DNA of 63,919 nucleotides, counting the filler, from an uncultured bacterium (GTDB taxonomy: Bacteria; Latescibacterota; UBA2968): the NCBI GenBank assembly GCA_964471275.1. It is 3 parts of 3 records of this genome, joined end to end, with 100 filler letters (N's around TTAATTAATTAA, not from the genome) between each part and the next. Parts side by side here need not be neighbours in the genome. Positions count along the whole stretch, not along the records: positions 1 to 23,478 come from CAYYGZ010000047.1; 2 more parts are not named here. One strand, given 5' to 3'. The position numbers and the translations under genes are program-made. The notes below the pieces were generated by a model. That model made no database searches. It saw only the letters and a program-made list of their open reading frames with translations, and was not told the origin of the DNA. The stretch's first letter is position 1; every line of letters starts with the position of its first letter. This document shows positions 9,871 through 19,700 of the stretch, in pieces.

Positions 9871-10467
9871 TTATCCCAGAAGTCTCAGAAGTGACCAGCC
9901 GACGGCGGTCGACCCCGCACCGACAAGACTGCCGGCCAGGATCTGACCGGTCGTGTGTTCACGTCTGCGTATCCTCGCCCACCCCACGATCACCGGCACG
10001 GGCAGCAGTGCCCAGTACAAGACACCCACACAGACCAACCCGACAAGCCAGGGGACGACGGCCCCGGCCACGTGCAGGCTGATCGTCCATCTCCAGGTAA
10101 TCAGACTAGCCAGGAACGCGGATGAGGCGTAGGCGCCCATCAGGATGATCACGTATGTGGGCGCCCCTTGCCCGTGCAGATAGAGCGTACCGAACGAACA
10201 GGATAGAGCAGCAAGCACGAGTGGGACCGTGCGTTGACGTCCATCCGAGATGAAGATCGAGGGTGTATGTCCCAGGCTGAATGCGACGGCAGCGTAGAGC
10301 GAAGGGATCCCGGGGCCCAGCAAGACGGCCCATCCCCAGTGCACCCACGACACAGCTGGTGGCAATCCTGCGAGCAGTACAAAAGCGCAGACTGCGATCA
10401 CGGCTGGATTCAAGATCCGCGTAATCCAGAGCGCTGCGACATCCAATCCTGACGGGTAACGAGACAA
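9871..10467 (-). CDS. PAP2-like membrane protein
   Basis: multi-TM; ISLH and WARIRRREHTTGQILAG motifs. Confidence 0.7.
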   Translation of the reverse strand: MSRYPSGLDVAALWITRILNPAVIAVCAFVLLAGLPPAVSWVHWGWAVLLGPGIPSLYAAVAFSLGHTPSIFISDGRQRTVPLVLAALSCSFGTLYLHGQGAPTYVIILMGAYASSAFLASLITWRWTISLHVAGAVVPWLVGLVCVGVLYWALLPVPVIVGWARIRRREHTTGQILAGSLVGAGSTAVGWSLLRLLG

Positions 10468-10546
10468 GTCCGCTCAATATATGTAGGGTGCACCAGCCTT
10501 ACATCCCACGAAAACAAGGAAACCGCACAAAAGCGACAAAAAACTC

Positions 10547-10573
10547 TAAAGCAAAATACTGCATTGTCGATAA
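10547..10573 (+). promoter_or_regulatory. sigma28 promoter of flagellin
   Basis: TAAA-N15-GTCGATAA; CTAAAGCAA...CGATAAT context shared with the promoter at 27-53. Confidence 0.85.
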
Positions 10574-10881
10574 TCATACAAAGCACTACCAAGAACTACC
10601 AGATGAAGTTCTCGGCAGCAGGGAAGTCCTGCCTGTCGAACTCAACGGTCAGAGAAACAACAAAGTGGGTCGCGAACGTCGTCGAGGGGCTGAAGCCTCG
10701 AACGGCAATTACGCCAGTGCTTTGCAGGGCGGGACAGAGTACAGCTTCGAGTCCCTAAGCGCCTCATCAACCTCGTGTCCTGGGTTGTTTCTCAAAATGC
10801 TTCACGTGTGTTTTTTGATGGGACCGCGAGAAGTAAAGGTCGGGAGGGAATCCGACCAGGAGACTTACAAGGAGGTTTCCA

Positions 10882-12078
10882 ATGCCACTTCGGGTAAACA
10901 ACAACATCATCGCCTTGAACACTCGGCGACAGCTCCTGATTAACAGCAGGCAGCTGGCGACGCGAGTCGAAAGGTTGTCGTCAGGTTTACGCATCAACCG
11001 CGCTGCGGACGATGCGGCAGGACTCAGCGTCTCGGAGGGAATGAGAGCCGAGATCGCGGGCTTCAGACAAGCCGTGAAAAACGCCGAGCGGGGCACCAAC
11101 CTCATCCAGACGGCTGAAGGTGCTCTCAACGAGGTCAACGCAATCCTGATCCGAATGCGCGAACTGGCGGTCCAATCCGCCTCCTCAACGCTGAACGACT
11201 CGAACAGAACGGCGCTGAATGCCGAGGTCGTCCAGCTGATCACGGAAATCGATCGCATCGGCAACTCGACGAGCTACAACGGGATTTCCCTGCTCAACGG
11301 GTTCGGGAACGCGATCAGCGAAGACGTGGCAGCATCGACGGCACTTGCGTCGGGCACCACCGGGATTATCGACGTCTCCATCACAGGCGCCGAATCCGGA
11401 AACTACGTCTTCATCGACAGTGTAAACAACGACAATGAGATTACACTGGGTAACGGAGTAGCGACGCAGACCATCGACATCGGTCCTGCAATCGATACAG
11501 ATGGTTCCACCGGCGGCATAGTCGCCACTGGAAGTGCGATCGTAGCGAACTTCGATCGCCTCGGCATCCAGCTCACACTGTCAGGGCAACGCAATTCCAC
11601 GTTGAGTAATCCCGCCACCGACGGTTACAGAGATGGTGAGCTTGACGGACTGACGCTAAACATCGAGAGCGGAACCGGCGGATCGTTCCAGATCGGCCCG
11701 GATGACGGCGCCGTGCATCGTCTGGAGGTAAACATCACCGACATGCGCGCCACCGGCGTCAACCTGAACCTGAGCGGACTGTCCATCAGTACGCTCCTGA
11801 GTTCAAGGAGCTCGATCTCGACGATTGATCTGGCCATCGAAAGGACAGCCGCTGTACGGGGTGACCTGGGTGCCATCCAAAACCGACTCGGATTCACGAT
11901 TCGATCCCTGGAGAACGCCTTCGAGAATGTCCAGGCGTCAGAGAGTTCGATCCGAGATGCAGACATCGCCGAGGAAGTCTCCGCGTTCACGCGAGCGCAG
12001 ATTCTGGTCCAGTCCAGCACGGCTTTGCTGGCCCAGGCGAACGCGATCCCGCAGAACGCGTTGTCACTCCTCCAGTAA
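10882..12078 (+). CDS. fliC: flagellin
   Basis: RLSSGLRINRAADDAAGL, QTAEGAL, RGDLGAIQNRL, IRDADIAEE, LAQAN; AAGGAGG RBS. Confidence 0.97.
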   Translation: MPLRVNNNIIALNTRRQLLINSRQLATRVERLSSGLRINRAADDAAGLSVSEGMRAEIAGFRQAVKNAERGTNLIQTAEGALNEVNAILIRMRELAVQSASSTLNDSNRTALNAEVVQLITEIDRIGNSTSYNGISLLNGFGNAISEDVAASTALASGTTGIIDVSITGAESGNYVFIDSVNNDNEITLGNGVATQTIDIGPAIDTDGSTGGIVATGSAIVANFDRLGIQLTLSGQRNSTLSNPATDGYRDGELDGLTLNIESGTGGSFQIGPDDGAVHRLEVNITDMRATGVNLNLSGLSISTLLSSRSSISTIDLAIERTAAVRGDLGAIQNRLGFTIRSLENAFENVQASESSIRDADIAEEVSAFTRAQILVQSSTALLAQANAIPQNALSLLQ

Positions 12079-12084
12079 ACCCAG

Positions 12085-12197
12085 GCGGAGAAGTACAAGC
12101 GAAAGCCCGACCATCGGGCGAGGCGTAGCCCCCGATGGTCCCCGACAAGACAAGTCTGTCGGGGGGTGGCAACCCCACCACGGCTGGCGCTTCCGCC
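12085..12197 (+). ncRNA. candidate structured RNA in the flagellin 3' region
   Basis: GGCGGA/TCCGCC closing stem enclosing GACCATCGGG/CCCGATGGTC, CCCCGACA/TGTCGGGG and GGTGG/CCACC hairpins. Confidence 0.45.
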
Positions 12198-12243
12198 GAC
12201 GCTGGCGTCCCATCAAAAATATCGGCGGGCTGTTTTCCCGAAG

Positions 12244-12278
12244 GAGCCACGGATCCCATAAGGTCCGTGGCTCTTTTT
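12244..12278 (+). terminator. intrinsic terminator after flagellin
   Basis: GAGCCACGGA/TCCGTGGCTC stem followed by a T-run. Confidence 0.85.
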
Positions 12279-13409
12279 ATATCGCAACGGCAATATCGAA
12301 TGTAGAATCACGAAATCACTTCCACATTGGGCGTTTCACTCCGTCCGTCCCTCCGAAGGCTCTCTACTCACCGAGGAACCCCACTTCCCAATTCCCATGC
12401 ATCTTGAAATATCGTTCCAATGAACAGGAATTATTTGAACACCAGGTTACTCAGTACAATCCCCGTCACCCTTTCAGCCTGCCTCCTGAACTAGAACACT
12501 GCGATCGCAGGTGTAGGCTTCTATTTAGACGACACAGAAGCCCCCTCTGGCAAGAGAATGCGTTCCGGCGAGGGAGGCCTCACCTACCGAGACAGAAACC
12601 ACGGCAGTGGATTGTCCGCCGTAATTGATCCCAGCAACAAGCGTGTGTCGCCGGATTCTTGAAGGGGGTCTTGACCAGTCTCTTGGGCCTCACGAGTGGG
12701 TTCTCTGTCGTCGGCCCAAAGAAGATGGAACCTGAATCGTTTTCCAGAACGAGGGGAAACGAATACTAACAAAGCTACAAGGAAGCGTGGATCGCAATTC
12801 GATGAGGAAGCAGCGTCGTTCGTTCGCGATCTGGGCAATTCTTGGCAACGGAGTCGCTTTCGCCATACTGAAGGCAACTGAAGATAAGGTGCGCAATGCT
12901 AATTTCCCTGATATCGATTTCTCCTTCTGAGTAAACCTCGTAGCACGTCCGGTTCACGCGAAATGCAGGCCACTTCGGATCACCACGCGCTTTGCCTTGA
13001 ATCAGCTAGGCTCACGTGGGATCTTTCTCGCCTATGAACTGTACGGACCTTATATCACCGACACGCTGAAGCAATTAGTCGAACCATTTGATTAACTTAC
13101 AGTACCGTTCTTGCTTGCCCCAACCGTCGTATCTCCCCTCTCCTTTCCTGACCTCTTCCCCCCTCGCTCCTCGCCCTGCTTACCAGGACGTAGCTCCGGC
13201 GCAGACCAGCTCACCGCCCAGCCCTTCGCGTTCCTTGACACACAACACACGAACCCCTATCATTAATGCAATCAACAAGTTGCACATCCTCATCTCCGTG
13301 TCGCACCGACCCAGGTTGAGACCTCCATCTCGACCTTTTTTGGTGTCCGGGCTTCATCGAGTCTTGGTATCTTCGTGGTCAGGCTTCCTGACATTCAGGA
13401 TCGGCAGAC

Positions 13410-13877
13410 ATGAACCAATACATGCCGCTCGTCATGCTGGTCGTCCTCGGACAGGCCGGCATCGCGTATCTCCTCGTCAATAAGGTCGTGATACAGCGGC
13501 TTGAGGAGCCTCCGGTCGAACAGATACAGGAGATCAAGATCGACATCGCGATCGGCGACGAGCCGGAACGGGTCTACCAGGAGATGGGTGAGTTCCTGAT
13601 CAACCCGGCGGACACGGCGACGGAGATGGGACTGCGCTTCATCAAGACGCAGATCAGCCTCGGTGTATCACCCGCGAGTGTTTACGCCCAACTGGAAGCG
13701 CAGCGGCCGAAGTTACGCGACGCGGTCATACGTATCATAACCTCGAAGCAGGTCGAGCAACTCGACAATCCGGAAGACAGAGAGTTCATTAAGGATGAGA
13801 TCCGGTTCACAGTGAACCGGATGCTCCATCGTGGTGAAGTTCTGCAGGTCTATTTCAGCGAATTCATAATCCAGTAA
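13410..13877 (+). CDS. fliL: flagellar basal body-associated protein FliL
   Basis: N-terminal TM; FLINPAD, PKLRDAVI and VYFSEFIIQ motifs. Confidence 0.88.
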   Translation: MNQYMPLVMLVVLGQAGIAYLLVNKVVIQRLEEPPVEQIQEIKIDIAIGDEPERVYQEMGEFLINPADTATEMGLRFIKTQISLGVSPASVYAQLEAQRPKLRDAVIRIITSKQVEQLDNPEDREFIKDEIRFTVNRMLHRGEVLQVYFSEFIIQ

Positions 13878-14006
13878 TTTCTTGAACGACAACGCCACCG
13901 AATATGATCTCCCTCGCACGGCGGCTTCTGTAGCCTCGATGACAGCGAGCGGCACAACAAGACCTTCCCAGAACAGCTCGTCCGTGGCGAAGTCCGAGGA
14001 GCGTGC

Positions 14007-16571
14007 ATGAAGTTACGTGCAGCGCTCTCTCTGCAGCCGATCGGCGATGTAAAGAAAATCGCTGAGAACATCGCCGATGAAGAGGTGAAGACGCTCAACC
14101 GTCCCGCGCTCATGGACCTGCTTTGCCAGCGACTTGCCTCCGCCTTCGTCATCGAATCTCGCCTGTCGGATCTGGATGCCGAGAGCCGAAGCCTGGTGCA
14201 GAAGCTGGCGGTCGAAGGCGGGGAACTGCCTTACAGCATCGCGCTCAAGGATCTGGGCAGTGGATTCCCGAACCGGTTTGACGATATCCTCAACACGCTG
14301 ATGTTCGCAGGTCTCGTCTATCGTGATCCCGACGCGCTCAGCAAGGACGATCCACTGGTCGGCATACCCGAGACAATTCTCCGATCCATACCGGGCATCG
14401 AGGAGAATGATCGGCTCCGTGCGATCATGTCGACCTTTGCACTCAGCCAGCTTCGAACGTTTGCCGGTGATCTCGGCATCTCACCCGTCCCTGCCAAGAA
14501 GGCCTACCTGGTAGAGGCCATCCGTGATGTCCTCACCGATGGCGACAGTCTCCGGGAATACATTCGCTCGCTTCCCGATGACCAGCGCATCCTCCTGGAC
14601 TACTGCCTGTCCAACGATGTCTTGACCGTGACAGAGATCCGGGAAGCCCTGACCGAGGGGGCCCTCCGCTCGCTCGACGAACTGCTCTGGAAAACACCGC
14701 TCTTCGTTCGACCGACATCCAGTCGCCTGGGCGACGAGGACGAGGTTCGCCTTGCCGCCGATCTGAGAGAGTCGCTCGGCCACATGGCCAAGAACCAGGG
14801 AGGAAAGCTGGAAGGTTCCCCGGAGCAGGGGTTGGCCGATGCGATCGAGGTGCCGCCTAACACGACGTCGCCCGGCATCTCGGTGCCTCAGGATCTGACG
14901 ACGCTTCTCGGGCTGATTGAGAGACGACGACCACGCACGCTCAAACACGGGGGGATGCCGAAGGGTGAGCTGAAGGAGGCAGGCCGCTTCTTCAAGGCCG
15001 ACGGCGATCCGGGCTATCCCGACTTTCTGATGCTATTTGCCGAGAATGCGGGTCTCGTCAAGAATAAAGCCAACCGATGGACCGTTAATTACCGCAAGGT
15101 TTCTCTGCTCGAGAATTACGGCAAACTCACCAACGCACTCCTCAGCTTCTGGAAGACTTCCGATCGCTGGAACGAGTGGGCAGCAGACCGAACGGCCACC
15201 TCACCGAAAAAGACACGCACCGACGAGATGCTGCTGATCCGTAAGGAGGTCCTGGCCGCCCTCGGAAAATGCCCTCTGGATCAGTGGGTCGCCTACCCGC
15301 AGTTCTACAAGATGCTCCACCGGCTTTCGACGCCATTCCGCGAACTGGCCGAAGGTCCGGCTTCAGGCCGGGCGCTCGCATCTCGAGGCACCACTGCTGA
15401 CGAGATCCTCCGGAGAATGCTGTCCTCAACGCTTGCCTGGGTTGGTCTTATCGAGATCGGAAACCCGAACGCATTCTCGCGGCCGCTTCACACCGTGGAC
15501 GGTGCCTGCTTCAGGTTGACGAGCATTGGCGCACACATCATCGACAAGAAGAACGCGCCCGCACCCGAGTTCGTCATTCCTTTCGACAGCAATGCAACGT
15601 TCATCATACAGCCGAACCTGGAGATCCTGGCGCCGCCAGAGCTCCCGCCTGCAGATTACATCAGACTTTGCGGGCTGAGTGACCTCAGTTCAATCGATGT
15701 CGTCAGCCATTTCCAAATCACGAAAGAAGCCTTTCTCGATGCGTTCAACCGTGCTAGTTCGGCGAAGAACATCAGAAAGTTCCTCGACAGCAGAAGTACA
15801 ACAGGAGTACCGGACATGGTCAAATCATTGATCACGGAATGCGAAGATAAACACGGCGAAGTGAAGATCAAGCAAGCCTCCGGCTATATGAAAGTGGACG
15901 ACCCGAGCCTGCTCGACGAGCTGATGGCTCAAAAGCAGGTGGCTGATCTGGTCGACGAGCGACTGGGAGACCTGTCTGCGGCCATACTTGCGACCGTCAA
16001 GCCCGACACCGTGGCAAATACACTCAGCAAGCTGGGCTACATGCCGGCGCTCGAAACCCACGGTGAAGAGACCGATGACGGCGTGATTCAGCTCAACTAC
16101 AGGGCGTCGGATCTTTCTCGTCTCGTCGCATTTCTGGAAGCCAGTGCGAATTTTCTGGGTGATTACGGAGATGGTAATACAGGCCCCACCACCCTCGTGC
16201 GCCAGCTCAAGCGCAGCCTCCGCCGCTCCTCTTCCGAGCCGCTGAACAAGGCGAAAGAGAAGTATGACAGTGGATTTGATGCCGCGATCGCGCAGATTCG
16301 CGAATCAGACGGTCGGGCCGTCAAGAATGCTTACCTGGGCACCAGCCCTGCCTCCGATGAGAAGGATATCCGCACCTTGATCGACTATGCGATCGAGAAT
16401 CGGATGCGCGTCAGGCTTGGCTACGGCGATCGCAACCATCAGGATCGCATCGTCGAGCCGACCTCGGAAGACGAGCAGATGCTGTATGCCTACTGCCGGA
16501 GCCGGAAGGGCGACCGGGTCTTCCGCGTTGACAGGATCATCCAGGCAGAATTGACCGAGGAGGTGTTCTAG
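14007..16571 (+). CDS. helicase-associated (Helicase_C_3) domain protein with C-terminal WYL domain
   Basis: FIIQPNLEILAP...FQITKEAFLDAF...STTGVP; C-terminal RIVEP...AYCRSRKGDRVFRVDRI. Confidence 0.75.
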   Translation: MKLRAALSLQPIGDVKKIAENIADEEVKTLNRPALMDLLCQRLASAFVIESRLSDLDAESRSLVQKLAVEGGELPYSIALKDLGSGFPNRFDDILNTLMFAGLVYRDPDALSKDDPLVGIPETILRSIPGIEENDRLRAIMSTFALSQLRTFAGDLGISPVPAKKAYLVEAIRDVLTDGDSLREYIRSLPDDQRILLDYCLSNDVLTVTEIREALTEGALRSLDELLWKTPLFVRPTSSRLGDEDEVRLAADLRESLGHMAKNQGGKLEGSPEQGLADAIEVPPNTTSPGISVPQDLTTLLGLIERRRPRTLKHGGMPKGELKEAGRFFKADGDPGYPDFLMLFAENAGLVKNKANRWTVNYRKVSLLENYGKLTNALLSFWKTSDRWNEWAADRTATSPKKTRTDEMLLIRKEVLAALGKCPLDQWVAYPQFYKMLHRLSTPFRELAEGPASGRALASRGTTADEILRRMLSSTLAWVGLIEIGNPNAFSRPLHTVDGACFRLTSIGAHIIDKKNAPAPEFVIPFDSNATFIIQPNLEILAPPELPPADYIRLCGLSDLSSIDVVSHFQITKEAFLDAFNRASSAKNIRKFLDSRSTTGVPDMVKSLITECEDKHGEVKIKQASGYMKVDDPSLLDELMAQKQVADLVDERLGDLSAAILATVKPDTVANTLSKLGYMPALETHGEETDDGVIQLNYRASDLSRLVAFLEASANFLGDYGDGNTGPTTLVRQLKRSLRRSSSEPLNKAKEKYDSGFDAAIAQIRESDGRAVKNAYLGTSPASDEKDIRTLIDYAIENRMRVRLGYGDRNHQDRIVEPTSEDEQMLYAYCRSRKGDRVFRVDRIIQAELTEEVF

Positions 16572-16747
16572 CACGGGTCACCTTGCATCTGCAAATACAG
16601 CACTTTATATTTTGGATAGCCTGAGGAGCGGCAGTTCGCCCGCCGACGAACGCGCTGCAAAGGCTACCGGCCATCAGCGACGCTTGGCAGAGCTCGATTG
16701 TCCTGATGGCCCTTTCTGTTTGTGTCACTGAAGCCAAGGAGCCTCTG

Positions 16748-19700
16748 GTGGTAGTACATATACGTCACACCGTCGGTCTGATCCTGTTGCTCTGTCTGAC
16801 CATTCCATGGGTACCCAACTCAACTTGGGCACAGCAGACGGGTGTCCCAACACAGGTCTCCCTTCCCTCAGGCAGCGGATCTTTGACGTTGGATTTCTCT
16901 GTCACGGATTACCAGCTCATCCTCTACTCCGCGCGGCGAGACGAGCCGGATACGACCAACACCTATGATTTCACGGTCTCAACCGCTTTCTCCGCCAGAC
17001 CGGTTGTGCGGCTGGCAACCGCTGCCACCAGAGATGGACAGACACACAAGTCCCGGCTCAGGGAGGAAGAGCGAGAGCTCACACTGCATATCCATCGATC
17101 GGGAAGACCTGCGGCGGCCAAACAGGCTGCGGCATTCCAGATTGGCACGACCCGGACATTCAACTTCGAAGAGTTCGGAGACGTTAGCACGCAGACCGTA
17201 ATGGCAACGCTGGTCGCCACCAGCAACCGGGCGGAAGCGTGGGTCGACAACAACACATCTGCCATTTCCACCCAGACCGCTCAAGATCAGATTGACCGGT
17301 TCAGCAGCAGCACCTATCCCATCGTCACCGACGTTTTCGGCGCACCCTCCGATGTCGACGGAAATGGGAAGGTTCTCTTTCTCTACACCGAACTCGTAGA
17401 CCAGGTTGGCGGCGTCGCCGGATTCTACCGTGCGAGATCCCTGTTCTCGAGCGCGGATGGCGGTGACGGCAACGCCGCGGACATGATGTTTATCGGGCTC
17501 GACCACGAGGTTAGCTTCTTCGAGTCTCTCCTTGCACACGAGTTCCAGCATCTCATCAACTACAATCAGCACGTGCTGGTTCAGGATGGCTCCAGCGAGA
17601 TCTCTCCAATCAACGAAGCCATGTCACACATCGCTGAAGACCTCGTCGACCAGCACGTTGAAGGTGGCAATCCGGGCAATGTCCGCACCTACACCGAAGC
17701 ACCCCAACTCTATTCGATTCTTGCAGAATCAGCCCACGACAGCGGTGTAAGGGGAACGGCCTACACGTTCGCCCGTAGTATGATGGAATCCTACGGTGAC
17801 GACATCCCGACCCGGCTCGTACAAACGGGACTGAGTGGAATCGACAATGTAGAGAACGTCTCAGGTCAGACATTCGAGCAGGTCTACGAGACATACCTGG
17901 CCCGAATGTTCCTGACCGGTTCCGGTCTCAACGACAGCTATGAGTTCACGTATTCGTTCTTCACAGACCCCGTCAGCGGAGGGCGTTCCATCCCGCTCCC
18001 GGCTGAATACGCCGTATCACCGGATGCCCTGACGGTCACGGGAAGCACAAAGGCCTTTTCCGCATCATCTATCCGCCTGATGGGCACGGGAACATCGACC
18101 GTCAACATCACGGCAGACCCTTCGGGCGAATTCCGCGGGATGCTCATCGCCGTGCCGAAGGATTTCCGACACGACATCGCGCTGAAGGCGGACTACTTCG
18201 CCGGCTACACGTTCGACTCCTCACTCCCGGGCACCTTCACGACCGGTGTGAATTCTCGAATCACCGGTACCACGTCTATCTCGGCCAACACCGAGATCTT
18301 GCTGCGCTTCGACCCGCTCTTTAGCGGTGGGGACACACTCCGCTTCACATCCATTGTCCAGAACAGCACCTTCGGTATCAGCGCCCTGTTCGCGCACGAC
18401 AAGGCCGGTTCGTACGAGATGAGTCTATTTGCCGGACAGGGCGACAATTCTCTTCCGTTCGTTGGCCGGATCCCAGTTGTAACCGTGAACCGTGGGTCGG
18501 GCACATTCGAACTGCCTGCGGACTATTTTACCGGCATCCTGCTCGATACGACCGTGCCTACGGAGACTGCCGCGGGACAGGCGGTTCGCGTCTCCGGAAC
18601 GCTGGCAGACCCATCCCTTTCCCGGATTCTGATCAAGTTCACCGAAACCACGACCAGATCAGAGATCGAATCGTACGTTGACGTCACGGCAGGCGTGTTC
18701 GAGTCGATCACCGTCTTCGCTCCTGAACAGACGGGGACCTACGAGATGGAGATCTTCTCCGGCCTGACCGGACAGAGCCTGCCATCTGTCGGTGCATACC
18801 TCGGGTTTTCGGTGATCGCGGCTGACGGCCCCATATCCCTGCCCGCCGACTTCTTCGAAGGTTTCAGGCTATCAACCGGATTGCCGACGACATTCGGCAC
18901 AGGAAAGGGATTCAGTCTGGCAGGCTCCGTGGACGACACATCCCTGGAGGTCATCCTCTTCCGCTTCACGGCCGAAAACGGGGACCAGGTCCGCTTTCAA
19001 ACCGACGTCAGCCAGGGAACCTTCCGAAAGGGCGCCGTCTTCTTTCCCTCGCAAGTCGGCACCTATACACTCGATGTTTTTGCAGGCCCCAACGGACAGA
19101 GTCTCCCGCATAGAGGCAGTTTCTCACCCATCGTGGTGACTGCGGGTTTGGGGCCGGTCTTCCTGCCCGTGGATATCTTCACCGGCCTCCTCCTCGATGA
19201 ACCCCTCCTTTCGGAATTCTTCTCGGATGAATCCCGTAACCTGATCGGTACGCTCACAGACCAGACCATCACACAGATCGCACTTCGGCTAGACGGTCTC
19301 AATGGCTCAGTCGGTGAATCGGAATTTGCATCCGTCAGCGGTGGCCGCTTCTCTGTGCCGCTGCCCGTCACGGGGCTGAGAAGCGGTGACTACGAAATCG
19401 TACTTTTCGCGGGTCAAGCAGGTCAGTCTCTACCGTTCCTGGACAGTTTTGGACCCGTATCGATCGTTGCCAGCCAGCCCCGGCTGGCCCTCAGCGAAAC
19501 GATGCTGACCTTCGCGACTACGGAAGCCGGACAGACAACGACTCAGACGGTCACAGTCTCGAACGTTGGATCCGAAACGCTCTCCCTGTTGGGCATCACG
19601 ATCGAATCCGGACCGTTCACTGTGACCGCTTCTACCAGCACCATCGTCGCGGGAGGAAATGCGATCCTGACGATCGCCAGCAGTCCGGTGTCTGCCGGTG

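Noticed and set aside
10574..10881. c-di-GMP riboswitch upstream of flagellin
   Set aside because: The GGCAAAC/GAAA/GCAAAGC class I core and class II signatures were not found by eye.
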